DNA of 56,064 nucleotides from an uncultured Bacilli bacterium (GTDB taxonomy: Bacteria > Bacillota_I > Bacilli_A > RF39 > UBA660), in contig CANRPB010000002.1 of assembly GCA_947632415.1 (NCBI GenBank), forward strand, positions 1 to 56,064, in the 5' to 3' direction. Under the pieces are notes generated by a model. It was not told the DNA's origin, made no database searches, and worked only from the letters and a program-made list of their open reading frames with translations. A program made the position numbers and the translations under genes. Below are positions 25,125-33,601 of this stretch, one piece after another (the first letter of the stretch is position 1; each line of letters opens with the position of its first letter).

Positions 25125-25448
25125 TTACAGGGCTATGTTACAATACCCTGAGCATAATAAATAATCAGCAGTGTTGATTATATCCAATCCATAGGAATCA
25201 ATAAAGCTACACATGAACTCTTCCCATTCTAATGGAACAATAATACCATAAGAAAATATCCAAGCATGAACAAGTTCATGGATTAACACTTTACGTTTGA
25301 GATCACCAACAAGTTTATCATACAGAAATATGGACATAACATTTAAGTCTGTTACACCAAGGGTTAAGGAACCATCACTCCTGCTGAGGTCTTTTTTATT
25401 ATGCGTATAGATTATTTTCCATTCATAACCATTTACATTAACAGTCAT
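25125..25448 (-). CDS. Minimal HExxH metallopeptidase (ImmA/IrrE- or SprT-like)
   Basis: VLIHELVHAW in a 107-aa protein. Confidence 0.55.
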   Translation of the reverse strand: MTVNVNGYEWKIIYTHNKKDLSRSDGSLTLGVTDLNVMSIFLYDKLVGDLKRKVLIHELVHAWIFSYGIIVPLEWEEFMCSFIDSYGLDIINTADYLLCSGYCNIAL

Positions 25449-25492
25449 AATAAGTAAGGGAGCGGATTATTCCACTCCCCATACCTCCTATC

Positions 25493-26185
25493 TTACATAT
25501 TCACTAATTTGTTAAGCTTTGCTTTCCAAGCCTGCTTTTCCGTGGGTGACATATCAGATATAACATTCCTTGCCATATCCTCTAAGTCTTCCATAAATTC
25601 ATCAAGCTCTTCCATACGTTTTCTATTTCCTTCAGGTTCATCCTTTTTATAGTTACGTCTATTATTCATGTATTTATCATAAGAGTAACCATAACGAGAA
25701 TTGCTATTGGAACTCGAGTTGCTTCTTGAACCAGAACTCCTACCACTATTGGAACTATATGGAGCATACATACGTCCTTCATTCAAATCCATATCACGCA
25801 TATCCTCACTCATATGCATGTAAGGTTCATTCATCATGATAGGGGATTCATAATATCTTTTGGAAGTATACCTTCCACGACTATCCCTACGTTGTCCACG
25901 ATAATATCTTTTTTCCATAGGACCATCTTCATCATAGTCTTCCCCATATTCTGATTCTTCCATTGCTTCCATAATCTGCTTATAATAACAAGCTTTAATT
26001 ATTTTTTCTTTTCCTTCACAAACATCTTTCCACATGTCAATCACTTCACCCATTTCCTCTGTATCAACATGTTCTGTACCATTTGCAAATTCAGATTTAA
26101 TAACCTCTTGTAATTTTTCACAGATTTCTTTTGCAAACTTTGTTTCCTCTTCCAGTTTCATTTTAACAACACTCTCTTCGTGCAT
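25493..26185 (-). CDS. Low-complexity protein: acidic helical N-domain, Arg/Ser/Tyr/Asn-rich centre, helical C-domain (230 aa)
   Basis: YYRGQRRDSRGRYTSKRYY...SSNSGRSSGSRSNSSSNSNSRYGYSYDKYMNNRRNY; GGAGG 8 nt before the ATG. Confidence 0.6.
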   Translation of the reverse strand: MHEESVVKMKLEEETKFAKEICEKLQEVIKSEFANGTEHVDTEEMGEVIDMWKDVCEGKEKIIKACYYKQIMEAMEESEYGEDYDEDGPMEKRYYRGQRRDSRGRYTSKRYYESPIMMNEPYMHMSEDMRDMDLNEGRMYAPYSSNSGRSSGSRSNSSSNSNSRYGYSYDKYMNNRRNYKKDEPEGNRKRMEELDEFMEDLEDMARNVISDMSPTEKQAWKAKLNKLVNM

Positions 26186-26198
26186 ATTTAACACCTCC

Positions 26199-26618
26199 TT
26201 ATGCTGTTCTTACAACTGTTAAGTTTGCATTTTGAACCAATACACTTTGTGTGGAAGTGTTTTCCAATGCAACCGTTACACAACATCCCTTAGGTACTTT
26301 AATATATGCCTGTGAGGAAACATTGAAATATTCACCCACAGCTGCAGGAGTTGCAATACCAGTTGTAGATTGTAATGATTCACCATCAATAGAAAGTGCT
26401 AAAGAAATAGGACCAGTACCACCTTCGGGCAAAGCAATATTTGCACTATAATCTACAAGAAATGTTGCAAAGCATTGGTTGCCTGTGTTTCTTAATGTTA
26501 TAATACCACTACCTTCCCTGTGCAGTATGGAACAATTACCACATACAGGAGTATCTGTAAATAAAACATTTTGATTTTGTAAAACTGTTTGAACCGCATT
26601 AGCAACAAATTCAGCCAT
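26199..26618 (-). CDS. BclA C-terminal domain / ExsF-like (TNF/C1q-like jelly-roll) protein (candidate)
   Basis: 139 aa; ISLALSIDGESLQST...VALENTSTQSVLVQNANLTVVRTA resembles the stand-alone exosporium BclA-CTD/BxpB pattern as I recall it. Confidence 0.45.
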   Translation of the reverse strand: MAEFVANAVQTVLQNQNVLFTDTPVCGNCSILHREGSGIITLRNTGNQCFATFLVDYSANIALPEGGTGPISLALSIDGESLQSTTGIATPAAVGEYFNVSSQAYIKVPKGCCVTVALENTSTQSVLVQNANLTVVRTA

Positions 26619-26838
26619 TGTTAAATCCCTCCCCTAACATACCAAACATTTTAGCTCTCCATTCTTTATTATCCAAATCGGACTTTCTTTTTGCTTCATC
26701 TAATTTTTCCTGATTCTCTTTCATTTCAATTCTGTTAAGCAGATAAACCAAAAAGTTAACTTCTTCCAATGTAGGGTTTTCTTTTTGCATAATAGATTCA
26801 GCAAACTCTTCAAATTTCTTTTCAATCTTCTCTTTCAT
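26611..26838 (-). CDS. Hypothetical coiled-coil protein (75 aa from MKEKIEKK)
   Basis: GAAAGGAG RBS; no motif. Confidence 0.5.
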   Translation of the reverse strand: MKEKIEKKFEEFAESIMQKENPTLEEVNFLVYLLNRIEMKENQEKLDEAKRKSDLDNKEWRAKMFGMLGEGFNNG

Positions 26839-26926
26839 ATTAGCTCCTTTCATAAAACAAGGACAAACCAATTATAAAAATCAGCCTGCCCTTGTAACGA
26901 GTAAAACTGTTTATTAAACAGACAAC

Positions 26927-27121
26927 CTAATCTTTATTAGATAAATACCCCAATATTTTCTTATTCTGTTCTATAATTGTTTCCAGATATTCTTTGTTTT
27001 GTTTTTGCAATTCCTGCATTATTTCATTATTGGTTGAATCACTTGAAGCCCAAGCTAAGGTTAAAATCTGTAAAACAAATTCTGTTATCTGTAACCAATT
27101 ACAGAAATTTTGGTCATTCAT
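26927..27121 (-). CDS. Small protein with a hydrophobic segment then coiled coil (64 aa)
   Basis: WLQITEFVLQILTLAWA; start shares nucleotide 27121 with the upstream stop. Confidence 0.5.
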   Translation of the reverse strand: MNDQNFCNWLQITEFVLQILTLAWASSDSTNNEIMQELQKQNKEYLETIIEQNKKILGYLSNKD

Positions 27122-28014
27122 CAGAATTGATAACCATTACCATTGCAACCACAACCGCAACAACCATTGTTATAGTTTGCAAGAACCTGATTAGACCAGT
27201 TACCAAGGCCACACGGCGAAGGACCAGGATAACAAGGTACAGACCTCGGGTTAATCATGTTGTCAACCTGGTTCACAATATACTGAGCCGTTTTTTCATC
27301 ACCACATGCGGACAATCTAGAACGAAGGTCAGCAATTGTTTCATCCTTTGCATCAATCTTACTTTGTACAAGGAAGTCATACAGCATTCTGGTATTTGCA
27401 TTATTGTTGTCAATAATATCTCTTACCTGATTCTGCATATTGTTATTGATTGCACAAGTATCAGCAACCATCTGATTCTGAATAGCTAACTGACCAGCTT
27501 GTGTTTTGCAGCAACAATCATTCACTGCAGCTTGCAATGCATTTGCATTCTGTAATGCCGTAATATTCTGTGCATTAGCAGTTTGCAGATTAGAAATGTT
27601 CATTGCATTTAAGGACTGCTGAATTGCATTTGTGTTCGCATTACCCTGAGCGGCAACTTCCGCAAATCCCTGACAAAGAATATTCTGAATACCAGAGAAT
27701 CCATTCAGAAGACTTGTGTTCATTGCATAGAATCCATCACACAGACCTTGCTGTACACCACGAACAGCACCTTCAAGGTCATTGAAGTTCATATCCATGC
27801 AAAGGTCCCCACGAGTAAGAGCAGCACTGGTTGCACCGTTTCCACCTTGGTTTCCACCCCAGCCACCATTACCCCAGCCAAAGATGAGAGCGAAAAGGAT
27901 TATAACAATCCACCAGCCACCGTCCATCCCCCAGCCATTACCATTTCCAGAATTACCATTACCAGAAACAGGAGCTACAGCCAAGGAGTACGGAATGTTA
28001 CATGAGTTAAACAT
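27121..28014 (-). CDS. Gly/Asn/Gln/Cys-rich single-pass membrane protein (297 aa), unknown family
   Basis: GNGNSGNGNGWG, TM GGWWIVIILFALIFGWGNGGWGG, Q/N repeats NAQNITALQNANALQ, CCC, C-terminal NNGCCGCGCNGNGYQF; 29/60 G+C at 27781..27840. Confidence 0.7.
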   Translation of the reverse strand: MFNSCNIPYSLAVAPVSGNGNSGNGNGWGMDGGWWIVIILFALIFGWGNGGWGGNQGGNGATSAALTRGDLCMDMNFNDLEGAVRGVQQGLCDGFYAMNTSLLNGFSGIQNILCQGFAEVAAQGNANTNAIQQSLNAMNISNLQTANAQNITALQNANALQAAVNDCCCKTQAGQLAIQNQMVADTCAINNNMQNQVRDIIDNNNANTRMLYDFLVQSKIDAKDETIADLRSRLSACGDEKTAQYIVNQVDNMINPRSVPCYPGPSPCGLGNWSNQVLANYNNGCCGCGCNGNGYQF

Positions 28015-28088
28015 ATTGGTTTCCTCCTTTATTTATTTTACACAAAGAGGATAAATATTTTTATGTGCGCACAATCCTCTATTATGTA

Positions 28089-28319
28089 CTACATAAATCC
28101 AAAATGTCTTTTTATATCATTACTAACTTGTTCTACCGTTGTTCCTTTTTCTTTGCTAATATTTTCAGCCATTTGTTGTAAACCTTGTACATCACCATTT
28201 CTATACATATTCAAAACATTTTGTGCCAATGGATTGTTAGCTATTTTGGGATTTCTCATAAACTGGTCAATCATAGCAGGTGGATTAAACATTGCTTGTA
28301 ATAATTGCATAGGATTCAT
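28089..28319 (-). CDS. Hypothetical protein (76 aa)
   Basis: MNPMQLLQAMFNPPAMIDQF...; no motif. Confidence 0.5.
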   Translation of the reverse strand: MNPMQLLQAMFNPPAMIDQFMRNPKIANNPLAQNVLNMYRNGDVQGLQQMAENISKEKGTTVEQVSNDIKRHFGFM

Positions 28320-28321
28320 TA

Positions 28322-28813
28322 TTACTCACCTTCCTTTTTATTTCTATTGTTAGACGGTTTATTAAATCCAGAAATTGTTGTACTAAGTTCTTCCAATTTA
28401 GAAGTTATATCATCAAAACGTTTTGTAAACATTTCAGAAATTTCATTCTTTATTTTATCTTCAACAGACATCGGTTTTTCATCTTCCGAAGGTTTATATA
28501 TAACTGTTTTTATTGTTCCTTCTTTGTTCCATGATTTTACATATATTTCAGTTAAATCATTTCTTGGGAATAATGCAACCCCACCATTCATAGGTATTTC
28601 ATTCGGAACAATATTTTCAGCACTTGGAACAAACCTACCACTTATTTCTTGTACAGCTGGTTGTACTACTGGTTGCTGTACACTTGCATAATTATATTGT
28701 GGTTGAACTGGCTGCTGATAAGTTTGCATTGCAGTTTGTACAGGAAATTGTACAGGATTCATAGTTTGTGGATTTTGATAAGGCATTACATAGTTGTTTC
28801 CATAGCCTGGCAT
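28322..28813 (-). CDS. Protein with Gln/Pro/Tyr-rich N-terminal low-complexity region (163 aa)
   Basis: PYQNPQTMNPVQFPVQTAMQTYQQPVQPQYNYASVQQPVVQPAVQ followed by a folded-looking C-domain. Confidence 0.55.
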   Translation of the reverse strand: MPGYGNNYVMPYQNPQTMNPVQFPVQTAMQTYQQPVQPQYNYASVQQPVVQPAVQEISGRFVPSAENIVPNEIPMNGGVALFPRNDLTEIYVKSWNKEGTIKTVIYKPSEDEKPMSVEDKIKNEISEMFTKRFDDITSKLEELSTTISGFNKPSNNRNKKEGE

Positions 28814-28992
28814 TTTTGTTTCCTCCTTTTAATAATTTTATTTAATATATTTTCCTTTGTTGTACTATGTGATACTTCCTCTAATGTTAATTTGTTTACA
28901 CGTAAAATGGAATCTTTTAATTCATTCCAATTCTCTAAAGGAATTTTATCCAAAGCATCAACAAAAGTGTCCATAACAATAATGCTATACAT
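28786..28992 (-). CDS. Hypothetical protein (68 aa from MYSIIVMD)
   Basis: TTGGAGG RBS; no motif. Confidence 0.5.
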   Translation of the reverse strand: MYSIIVMDTFVDALDKIPLENWNELKDSILRVNKLTLEEVSHSTTKENILNKIIKRRKQKCQAMETTM

Positions 28993-29122
28993 TCGTTTAA
29001 CCTCCAATTCATTTTATATTTTTATTATACATGATATAATTGGGAATAAATCTAAGAAAAGTTTAATAGAAAACTAAAGAAAATATACTGAAAAATTACT
29101 CAAAAAAATAGAGCCACCACAA

Positions 29123-29353
29123 TCACAGTAATGACTCTATCTTCTTTAATATTCGTTTGTGCATTTTTGAAATACCTGCCCTGGAATAACCAAGTGTATC
29201 GGCTATATAATCAAAATCTTTTCGTTCTACATAATACATTGTCATGAATTGTTTTTCTTTATCATCCAGCATTGACTCTTCTAACAACTCATTAAATGTA
29301 GATTTTTTATTTATACTTTGTACTTTATGTTTTATCTCCATGTGTTTGGACAC
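29123..29353 (-). CDS. Sigma-70 region-4-type HTH regulator (about 76 aa, GTG start)
   Basis: DKEKQFMTMYYVERKDFDYIADTLGYSRAGISKMHKRILKKIE = region 4.2-like HTH; GGGAGG 8-9 nt before the GTG. Confidence 0.6.
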   Translation of the reverse strand: MSKHMEIKHKVQSINKKSTFNELLEESMLDDKEKQFMTMYYVERKDFDYIADTLGYSRAGISKMHKRILKKIESLL

Positions 29354-29472
29354 TACATAAACCTCCCACATGTAGGACACCTATTAGGATTTCCTCTTTT
29401 CTTTCCGCTGGACTTTCTTTTTGTTTTTGTTTTAACAGAAGTTATTTTCACAATAGTTTGTTTAGCAGGCAT
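29353..29472 (-). CDS. Basic micro-ORF (39 aa), coupled to the regulator gene
   Basis: Hand translation MPAKQTIVKITSVKTKTKRKSSGKKRGNPNRCPTCGRFM; GGAGG RBS; its TAG overlaps the downstream GTG by 1 nt. Confidence 0.3.
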   Translation of the reverse strand: MPAKQTIVKITSVKTKTKRKSSGKKRGNPNRCPTCGRFM

Positions 29473-29484
29473 ACACTACCTCCA

Positions 29485-29778
29485 TTATTCATTATGTGTT
29501 GCATTATCGTTATATTGATTTCCTTCAACATTATTTATATCAGATTCTTCCCCAGAAACTTCTTGTGTTACAGTTTCAGTTGTAACTACATTAGCCATAT
29601 CAAACTGCGATTCATAAACAAAGAAACCAATAACCAAAGTCATTACCAATAAAGTACAACAAATAATATTTATGATTAAAACTTTTAATAAACTTTTATT
29701 ATTTTCTTTTTGATTTTTGGACAATTCAAGTAAAACCCTGTTTGCTAACTCCAAATCCTTTTCATTATCGTAATCCAT
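29485..29778 (-). CDS. Single-pass membrane protein (97 aa)
   Basis: TM LKVLIINIICCTLLVMTLVIGFFVY; downstream of promoter 29809..29837. Confidence 0.55.
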   Translation of the reverse strand: MDYDNEKDLELANRVLLELSKNQKENNKSLLKVLIINIICCTLLVMTLVIGFFVYESQFDMANVVTTETVTQEVSGEESDINNVEGNQYNDNATHNE

Positions 29779-29808
29779 ATGAAACCTCCAATTTAATTTG
29801 ATACGATA

Positions 29809-29837
29809 ATCATAACATATAACATTTTAATTGTCAA
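29809..29837 (-). promoter_or_regulatory. Sigma-70-type promoter TTGACA-N17-TGtTATGAT
   Basis: Minus strand reads TTGACAattaaaatgttatatgtTATGAT. Confidence 0.6.
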
Positions 29838-30126
29838 CACTTTTTTTACCTTGTAAAATACTAAGTTCTTTAAACACTGTTTTCATCTCCGTTTGCAATT
29901 TTGTTATTGCCTTTGAATGTTCATCAATAATGGAGTCCACTTCATGATTTCTTTCATTCATTGTTTTTTTAATTTCTTCAATTCCATTTACACATTGGTC
30001 TAATTTAGCAATTTGTATTCCATCTTGTTTTGCTTTTGTCACTTGTGCTGACACAAATGTTGATACACCAATTACACAACCAATAACACCAACAACACAA
30101 GTTATAATGGATATTGGACTAATCAT
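29827..30126 (-). CDS. Membrane-anchored coiled-coil protein (99 aa; XhlA/holin-accessory-like position)
   Basis: N-terminal TM ISPISIITCVVGVIGCVIGVSTFV then a coiled coil; AAGGAGG RBS. Confidence 0.5.
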   Translation of the reverse strand: MISPISIITCVVGVIGCVIGVSTFVSAQVTKAKQDGIQIAKLDQCVNGIEEIKKTMNERNHEVDSIIDEHSKAITKLQTEMKTVFKELSILQGKKSVDN

Positions 30127-30139
30127 TTTATCACCTCCT

Positions 30140-31600
30140 TTAATTTGATTTATATGGTACATATACTTCTATTACATCACCAGGTTTTCCGTCCTGATTA
30201 GCAACTCCATTAACTAAATAATTATTTGATTTTGATATTTTTGAAACTAATGGAATAAACCCAATATTTCCACCATTTACTTTAAACTCGTACAAATTCA
30301 CATAATTTACACTTACCCCTGATTTTTTTTGCAACATGAAAATTCCATAAAATTCACCAAACTTTATAATATACGCATCTTGAATTAACATACTTTCACT
30401 TATATCTACATATTCAAGAGTTATACAAGACGTTTCAGAATTTGATACAACTTCAACCTTAAGATCATAACGCATACTTTTCTTTACAATTACCAAAAAG
30501 TAATTCCCTAGATTTATAAATTTCTCTACTTCTTCATTACCAGAAAGGAAATGGTTAGTCATTGATAATGTTGTCAAATTCCCATCAAAATTTATTTTTT
30601 TATATTCCCCATTTGCATAAAAAAATACCTCATCTTCCCCATTATAAAACAAGGGATTGTTAATACTTCCAGAATAACTATACATCGTTATTTGTTTACT
30701 TCTAGTAAAAATATACTCATTTCCACTTTTTTCTACAAAATCCAAGAAACAATGAATTTCAGCATCTTTAACAACAGAATCAAAAGAGAATAAAGGATAA
30801 TAATAATAAAATGAAGCAAAAGAAGATTTTTTAAAATTATAACTCCCAAATATCTCATCTATATCCCTCCCAAAACTTGAATCCGTATATACCTTTTCGT
30901 TAGAATCATTTTTTGCAAACTTTATTGTAACTTTATTTTCTAATTTATTCACATAAACTATAACGAGTAAATGATAATTTTTGTTTGATGAATCATCCCC
31001 TTCAGAATAAAAAAGATCAAATATTACATCCCCACCATTAAATAAATAAAAATTCTTCGAAAACTTTTTATAACTTAAGCTTTTGCCATCACATTCTATC
31101 GTATAAGAAACATCACTTTCATCCACATTTTGATTATAAATACCACCCCTAACTACATTATAAGATTCCACTTTATTTACTTCAACCATTTCCATTGTAA
31201 GCCCAAATTTACCTTTAAATTTACCACTAGTATATGATAATGGAACTTGATATTGATATATAAAATAAAATTTACTTTTATCAGAAAGTTGTAAAACTTT
31301 AATTATATTTTCATCCCATCTTTTTTTTAAAATTTCAACTTTATCAATAACATTATATAAAATAACATCTGTTCCATCACTATTCCCATAGCAAACTAAA
31401 CAACAACAATCATCAACCATAGCTGAATAAAAATTAGTACACTCTAAATTACTTTCAATAATTAAATTATCCTTATACTCAGGATTTATCTTTACAAAAT
31501 CCCCATTTACAATATTTTCACCAGCCGCTACTTCATAATTTTCCAAAACACCATTCAAAGCAACACCACTATATAAATGTGTATTTGTTCTACCTCTCAT
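30140..31600 (-). CDS. Tail fibre / receptor-binding protein candidate (486 aa)
   Basis: Last large ORF of the tail block; very AT-rich; no motif recognised. Confidence 0.4.
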   Translation of the reverse strand: MRGRTNTHLYSGVALNGVLENYEVAAGENIVNGDFVKINPEYKDNLIIESNLECTNFYSAMVDDCCCLVCYGNSDGTDVILYNVIDKVEILKKRWDENIIKVLQLSDKSKFYFIYQYQVPLSYTSGKFKGKFGLTMEMVEVNKVESYNVVRGGIYNQNVDESDVSYTIECDGKSLSYKKFSKNFYLFNGGDVIFDLFYSEGDDSSNKNYHLLVIVYVNKLENKVTIKFAKNDSNEKVYTDSSFGRDIDEIFGSYNFKKSSFASFYYYYPLFSFDSVVKDAEIHCFLDFVEKSGNEYIFTRSKQITMYSYSGSINNPLFYNGEDEVFFYANGEYKKINFDGNLTTLSMTNHFLSGNEEVEKFINLGNYFLVIVKKSMRYDLKVEVVSNSETSCITLEYVDISESMLIQDAYIIKFGEFYGIFMLQKKSGVSVNYVNLYEFKVNGGNIGFIPLVSKISKSNNYLVNGVANQDGKPGDVIEVYVPYKSN

Positions 31601-32634
31601 TATTTTACCCTCACTCTTATTACAGCATGCAATGCTTTACTAGGTTTTCTACCAGCACTAAAAACAATTTTACCAGCTTCACTATCAACATATATTACAC
31701 AACGTACTGCTTCCTGAATATCTTCCTTTGTCCAATATACATCTACCAACGTTCCTTCTGTTATTTTTTCATTTGTAACTTCGCATGTATAACCAGTATT
31801 ATCAGAACCAGAAAAACTATATGAGTCTAATGGAATAACAAAATCCTTATCAACATAATTTTGTACTAATCCTTTTGCTTCATCTGTTACTTTTTGCAGT
31901 TCACCTTTGTAGGTATCAAATGAATCACTTAACTCTTTTTTATAATCAGCAATATCCTTTGTTGTATCTTTATAATATTTATCAACCTTTGTATTTAACT
32001 CTGTAAATTCTAATTGTAACCTTACAGCCAAATCCCCAGTTAACTGGTCCTTTATACTATCAAACCACTCATCAAATATTGCTTGGAATTGTTCAAATAA
32101 GTCTTTTGTATTTACAACTTCTACCAACCCTTTTACAAAACCACATACTTCCTCGTTTGGTCTTGTATCGGTTATATTAACATTTGTTAAAGCAACAGCT
32201 CTAGGAGGTGCACTAATTTCTGCTATCTTTAAATCGTAAATAGTATCACCACGATGTACTTCTGTTTCCCCTTCCAAAACAAGTGTGTTGATAGACCTAC
32301 TGGATTCATTGAAACGAACCATAATGGAATCGGTTCTTGTTATACTACCTGTATTTTCTGTTAATTCTAATTCTAAGTTCTCGTCATTATGATACCAATG
32401 TCCATTGATAAATGCCCAACCTGGTCTTACAATTACAGTCATTCCAGAACCAGCAACAACTTTTAATTGGTCTACTGGACTTGCAAATACACCATTTCCA
32501 ACGAACAATTTAAAATAATTCATAAAGTCTTTCCAGAGATATGCTGTGTCCCACCAACCAGTATATGCTTCTGTTACAGGATTCAAACCATGTTCATCCC
32601 ATATCGCTTCAAAGAATCCATAATGCTCAGCCAT
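31600..32634 (-). CDS. Tail/baseplate fibre-type structural protein (344 aa)
   Basis: N-terminus MAEHYGFF...VVAGSGMTVIVRPGWAFINGHWY is common in Firmicute prophage tail proteins; coiled-coil centre. Confidence 0.45.
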   Translation of the reverse strand: MAEHYGFFEAIWDEHGLNPVTEAYTGWWDTAYLWKDFMNYFKLFVGNGVFASPVDQLKVVAGSGMTVIVRPGWAFINGHWYHNDENLELELTENTGSITRTDSIMVRFNESSRSINTLVLEGETEVHRGDTIYDLKIAEISAPPRAVALTNVNITDTRPNEEVCGFVKGLVEVVNTKDLFEQFQAIFDEWFDSIKDQLTGDLAVRLQLEFTELNTKVDKYYKDTTKDIADYKKELSDSFDTYKGELQKVTDEAKGLVQNYVDKDFVIPLDSYSFSGSDNTGYTCEVTNEKITEGTLVDVYWTKEDIQEAVRCVIYVDSEAGKIVFSAGRKPSKALHAVIRVRVK

Positions 32635-32938
32635 TTCTTTCTCCCTTCATTTTATGTATTGTTAATCTATCATAACCAAAACCTATATCAAAATATTCTA
32701 CACCATCAGATATTGTTTTCTTTACACTAATTATTTGTAAGTCAACAGATAACCCCAATGTTTTATCCTGTACAGTTACATAATCACCAAGGAAAAAATC
32801 TTCCCCATATTTATATGACATTCCACCAGTTATTATTGTACCATCAAATGAAACAAATTTCAAGTGTTCGGATAAACTTTCTAAACCACGTTGTTCCATC
32901 AATGATTTAAGTTCTTTGTCTGTTAATGTATCAGCCAT
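32627..32938 (-). CDS. Small tail-module protein (103 aa)
   Basis: Position and coupling within the tail block. Confidence 0.45.
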   Translation of the reverse strand: MADTLTDKELKSLMEQRGLESLSEHLKFVSFDGTIITGGMSYKYGEDFFLGDYVTVQDKTLGLSVDLQIISVKKTISDGVEYFDIGFGYDRLTIHKMKGERNG

Positions 32939-32948
32939 TATAATCACC

Positions 32949-33590
32949 TTAAAAATATAAATCTATTGTTAAGTCTATACTATAAGTAAATGAATAAGAT
33001 GTACCAGAAGTTCCATTATTACAATATATATAAAAATATTGCAAATCTTTTCCACTTAAATCAACTTCTACATTTTCTATCTTTTTTGTTTGGAGTGTTG
33101 TTACATTACTACCTGCTGAAACTTTTCCAATTACATCGTTATCAAAATTACACCCAACATTAAGTGATATATATTTTCCTGTACTACTTGATCTTTGCAA
33201 CGATATTGTACCATTTGCAACAAACTTAGTATAATTCAAATCAGTTGGGATATAAAATTGTAAATTAACATTTCTAGTTTCACTACCACCATTACTAGTA
33301 TCTGTTTTAATCTTATATTGTATTGGTGAACTTAATCCACCTCCACCACCAGAACTTCCCCCAGATTTAAAAGGGGTAAATGTATCAGCACCTCGTTCTG
33401 GACTTGTGTTAAAACCATATTGACCGTCTTGTTCGTCCAAATAAACTTGACCGCCTTTTAATGTTAAACTATCTTTTACATTATCAACTTCATTGCTTAC
33501 ATCAGTTATATTTTTACCAAGTGTTTTGTTTAACGTGTCTACTTTATTATTTACCCAATCCCTAATAGCACGTAAGTTTGGAGCAGCCAT
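32949..33590 (-). CDS. Tail fibre-like protein (213 aa)
   Basis: Coiled-coil N-terminus, Gly run SGGSSGGGGG, beta-rich C-domain. Confidence 0.45.
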   Translation of the reverse strand: MAAPNLRAIRDWVNNKVDTLNKTLGKNITDVSNEVDNVKDSLTLKGGQVYLDEQDGQYGFNTSPERGADTFTPFKSGGSSGGGGGLSSPIQYKIKTDTSNGGSETRNVNLQFYIPTDLNYTKFVANGTISLQRSSSTGKYISLNVGCNFDNDVIGKVSAGSNVTTLQTKKIENVEVDLSGKDLQYFYIYCNNGTSGTSYSFTYSIDLTIDLYF

Positions 33591-33601
33591 TTTATACCTC
33601 C

